This document shows positions 61,519-64,000 of a stretch of DNA of 64,000 nt, piece by piece (within the stretch, counting starts at the first letter, position 1; the number at the start of each line of letters is the position of its first letter). The DNA lies in the NCBI GenBank assembly GCA_002633005.1, contig NMRA01000292.1, positions 143,950 to 207,949 of the forward strand, in the 5' to 3' direction. A program made the translations under genes and the position numbers. The notes beneath the pieces were generated by a model, which was given only the letters and a program-made list of their open reading frames with translations, ran no database searches and was not told the origin of the DNA. Source of the stretch: Phoronis australis (taxonomy: Eukaryota > Animalia > Phoronida).

Positions 61519-63593
61519 GTGAGTAGTATGAATGTAGCAAAGCATCTGTGGAAATAATCCTTTTATTTAGGACATAATATGACAGACTAGTGAAATTTTA
61601 TCTTATTTTTTTCACAAAAGATGTATTGTAGCTCCAAGGTAGTGCTTTTTAATTTTTAAGTTCTTTACCCAGAAATAGGTTTTAGGCGCCTTAAAATTGT
61701 TTTGTGTTGTACTTAGATTCATACTCATTGGCGAGGCAGAGCACCAGATCAAAACTAATGTGAGTAACCAAAACAACAAACTTAGAAACATATGAACATA
61801 TTGTGAATGAACAGGTCCCAATTAGGGATGTATCTGTTTGGTTAAATGAAAATATAGTGATCCGTTTACCCCAACCACTTGTCGCATCACAAATTTGAAA
61901 ATGATCCACCTCTCCCCCTTTAAAAATCAAATCCACGTAGGACATAAAGTCTCATAGCAAAGATTTTCAGTTGTACAGAACACTGAACTCTCACTAATTT
62001 AGGACACAACATAGCAGAAGTGGGAAAAATACATTTTATCTTTTTGATAAAACAAGAGTAACAGCAAATGTAGCGCTTTAATGGGTAATCATTTTGATTT
62101 ATTGTGGGCAATCACATCAAGATTAGTGACTTTTGATAAATGAAAAGAATCAAATTTTGGCTATTTTGTCTGAAATATGTGAGCCCATGTGTTTTGGGTG
62201 TTATCGAACCTAAGAATCAATATAAACCAATCTATGAAATGCATAGCATAGGAATGTAGTACTCATTTTAGCTAATTCAAAGCTTGTATCTGTCAGGCAT
62301 CTATTAAACTGACATGTTTCAGATGTTTATGATGTGACATGGATATACATTGTCATTGCTAACAGAAGATACAATATTTGCAAGATGTTGGTACATTTTC
62401 TCTTTAAAATGTGTCGTCTGTTGACCAGGTTGTGAAAAACTACTATCTCATCTAATGTTTCTTATCTATTGAGCTAGTGACACCTGGTGTTCATGTTGAT
62501 GACACAGGGTTGTATCAAATGGCACAGTAAAACTTCCTACAGGACAGATGTCCAACTTAAAAGGTCACATTTTTCCATCCTTTCCATTTCTGATGCATTT
62601 GATTACAAATAGGCCGGTCCCTGTGTTCTCTAAATAACTGCGAAGTAATGAGACTGTATTTGCTAAACTGGTGTAAGTTGGACTGATGTGGCAAAATTGG
62701 TCAATAAGCTGTGGATACTTGTCAACGTTTTGCAACTGCTCTATTTGTCGACTTTCATTAAGTAATAACTAATGATGGTAATACTGTGTACAGTGTGGTA
62801 GATCGATTTAGTTCAAACACTATTTTCTTATTACCGTTATTGTGTGCCATATATATGTGTACATGTGTGGGGGACATATTAGTGCCGTTCTCGCATGAAA
62901 ATTGATGAAAATTGTCCTTAGTATTTTTCAAATAAATTTTACTGAGAAACATTTTTTGCATTGGGACACGAATTTGGCGGGATTCCAAGTTCCACTAAAT
63001 TTCACTGGATTAATACAGGGTAAAATTATGTATGACTTCTACCACATTATCAGCCTGACATGGCCAATACATCCGTTACGTAAGGCATATAATTATTCAA
63101 TGCGCATTGAGTAATATTTTGGCCGGAAACCGAGGTCGGTTTCGAACCCGCTTTGCAAGAGTTTCAAGTCGTTGACTTAACCGCTGCGTCACTCAGCAGC
63201 TGACGTCATCGAGCGTGAAAATACAATACTTAAATTTGGGCGCAATAATCTTATGTTCAATAAATGGCATTGTACCGACATTAATACGCTATGAAAATTA
63301 AGATGTGCAATTTCAATAAAAACGAAATCTTTAATTCAGTAAAATTTACCACTTTCTCTCACTTGTAAATCATGAATTTCCAGTTTGAATGTGGGTAACG
63401 TGTCGTCGGTATCCTTTGACTTGGGCATTATACTCAGTTACCAGTGGTTACCTACTTTAGCAGAAGATATTTTCTCGGTCAAAGCTTAGTATGATAAAAT
63501 GTGTAGTAAGCTAAACTAGTTGCACTTTATTTTTATTTTGTTTAAGTTTTCAATTGGTTTTGAGTAAAAACATTAGTTTACCAAAAATAACTA

Positions 63594-64000
63594 CCGTATT
63601 CGCCGTAATAACCGCCCAGGGCGCTTAGAAAAGTTCGGTTCAGGGGGGGCGCTTATTATAACCCAAGGCGGTTGAAACCCGGTCTCCGAAACGGGTGAAA
63701 TCGGAAGCTAAGATTCATCAAATTTACGCTCTGTGACGCATGTAATCTATGAAAGACTTTCAACAAAACTGTGGTGCATTGCTATCAAACTTTGCTGCTA
63801 AATTACGATCATTTTACAGAAAATTGTGCTGAAATCCCAGGGCGAAACCTCGCCAACTGACTGCTTCGAAATCGCCGTCTTCGATATGGCGACTTCAATG
63901 CTTGAATAAAAATGGTTTCGATAAAGTACCTGAAATCCTCATTAAATTTTATAAGTAGCGTCTCTAAGGTTTTTAAGTTCCCGTGGAGTCTGGATTAACG
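63594..64000. mobile_element. Possible left end of a Tc1/pogo-like MITE running off the window
   Basis: TA|CCGTATTCGCCGTAATAACCGCCC start followed by GGGCGCTTA repeats; the other end is not in the window. Confidence 0.35.

Overview
Intron-rich, AT-rich animal genomic DNA, probably an aquatic protostome invertebrate (inferred from the tRNA-iMet sequence and a GalEa-type copia element). Exons were reconstructed by hand from GT/AG boundaries and reading-frame phase. The window holds three protein-coding genes. (1) The 3' part of a strawberry notch gene (SBNO) on +, 78-14347, with an initiator tRNA-Met gene in one intron. (2) A complete convergent FANCJ/BRIP1 Fe-S DEAH helicase gene on -, ATG at 48723. 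It can be spliced past the apparent stop at 25301 into four more phase-compatible exons encoding a CxxC...CxxC C-terminal domain, with the stop at 19163. (3) The 5' part of a membrane-anchored JmjC/cupin-like gene on + from 60033. A young but defective Ty1/copia LTR element sits in a BRIP1 intron, and its 18-nt PBS is the exact complement of the tRNA-iMet in this window. Introns and intergenic DNA carry many non-autonomous TIR elements, including a nested stack at 50.4-52.7 kb and a 37-bp palindrome resembling a P-element excision footprint, plus SINE-like repeats, minisatellites and an N gap at 55490-55901. Most short ORFs in the supplied track are spurious. No database searches could be run, so family assignments rest on remembered motifs.
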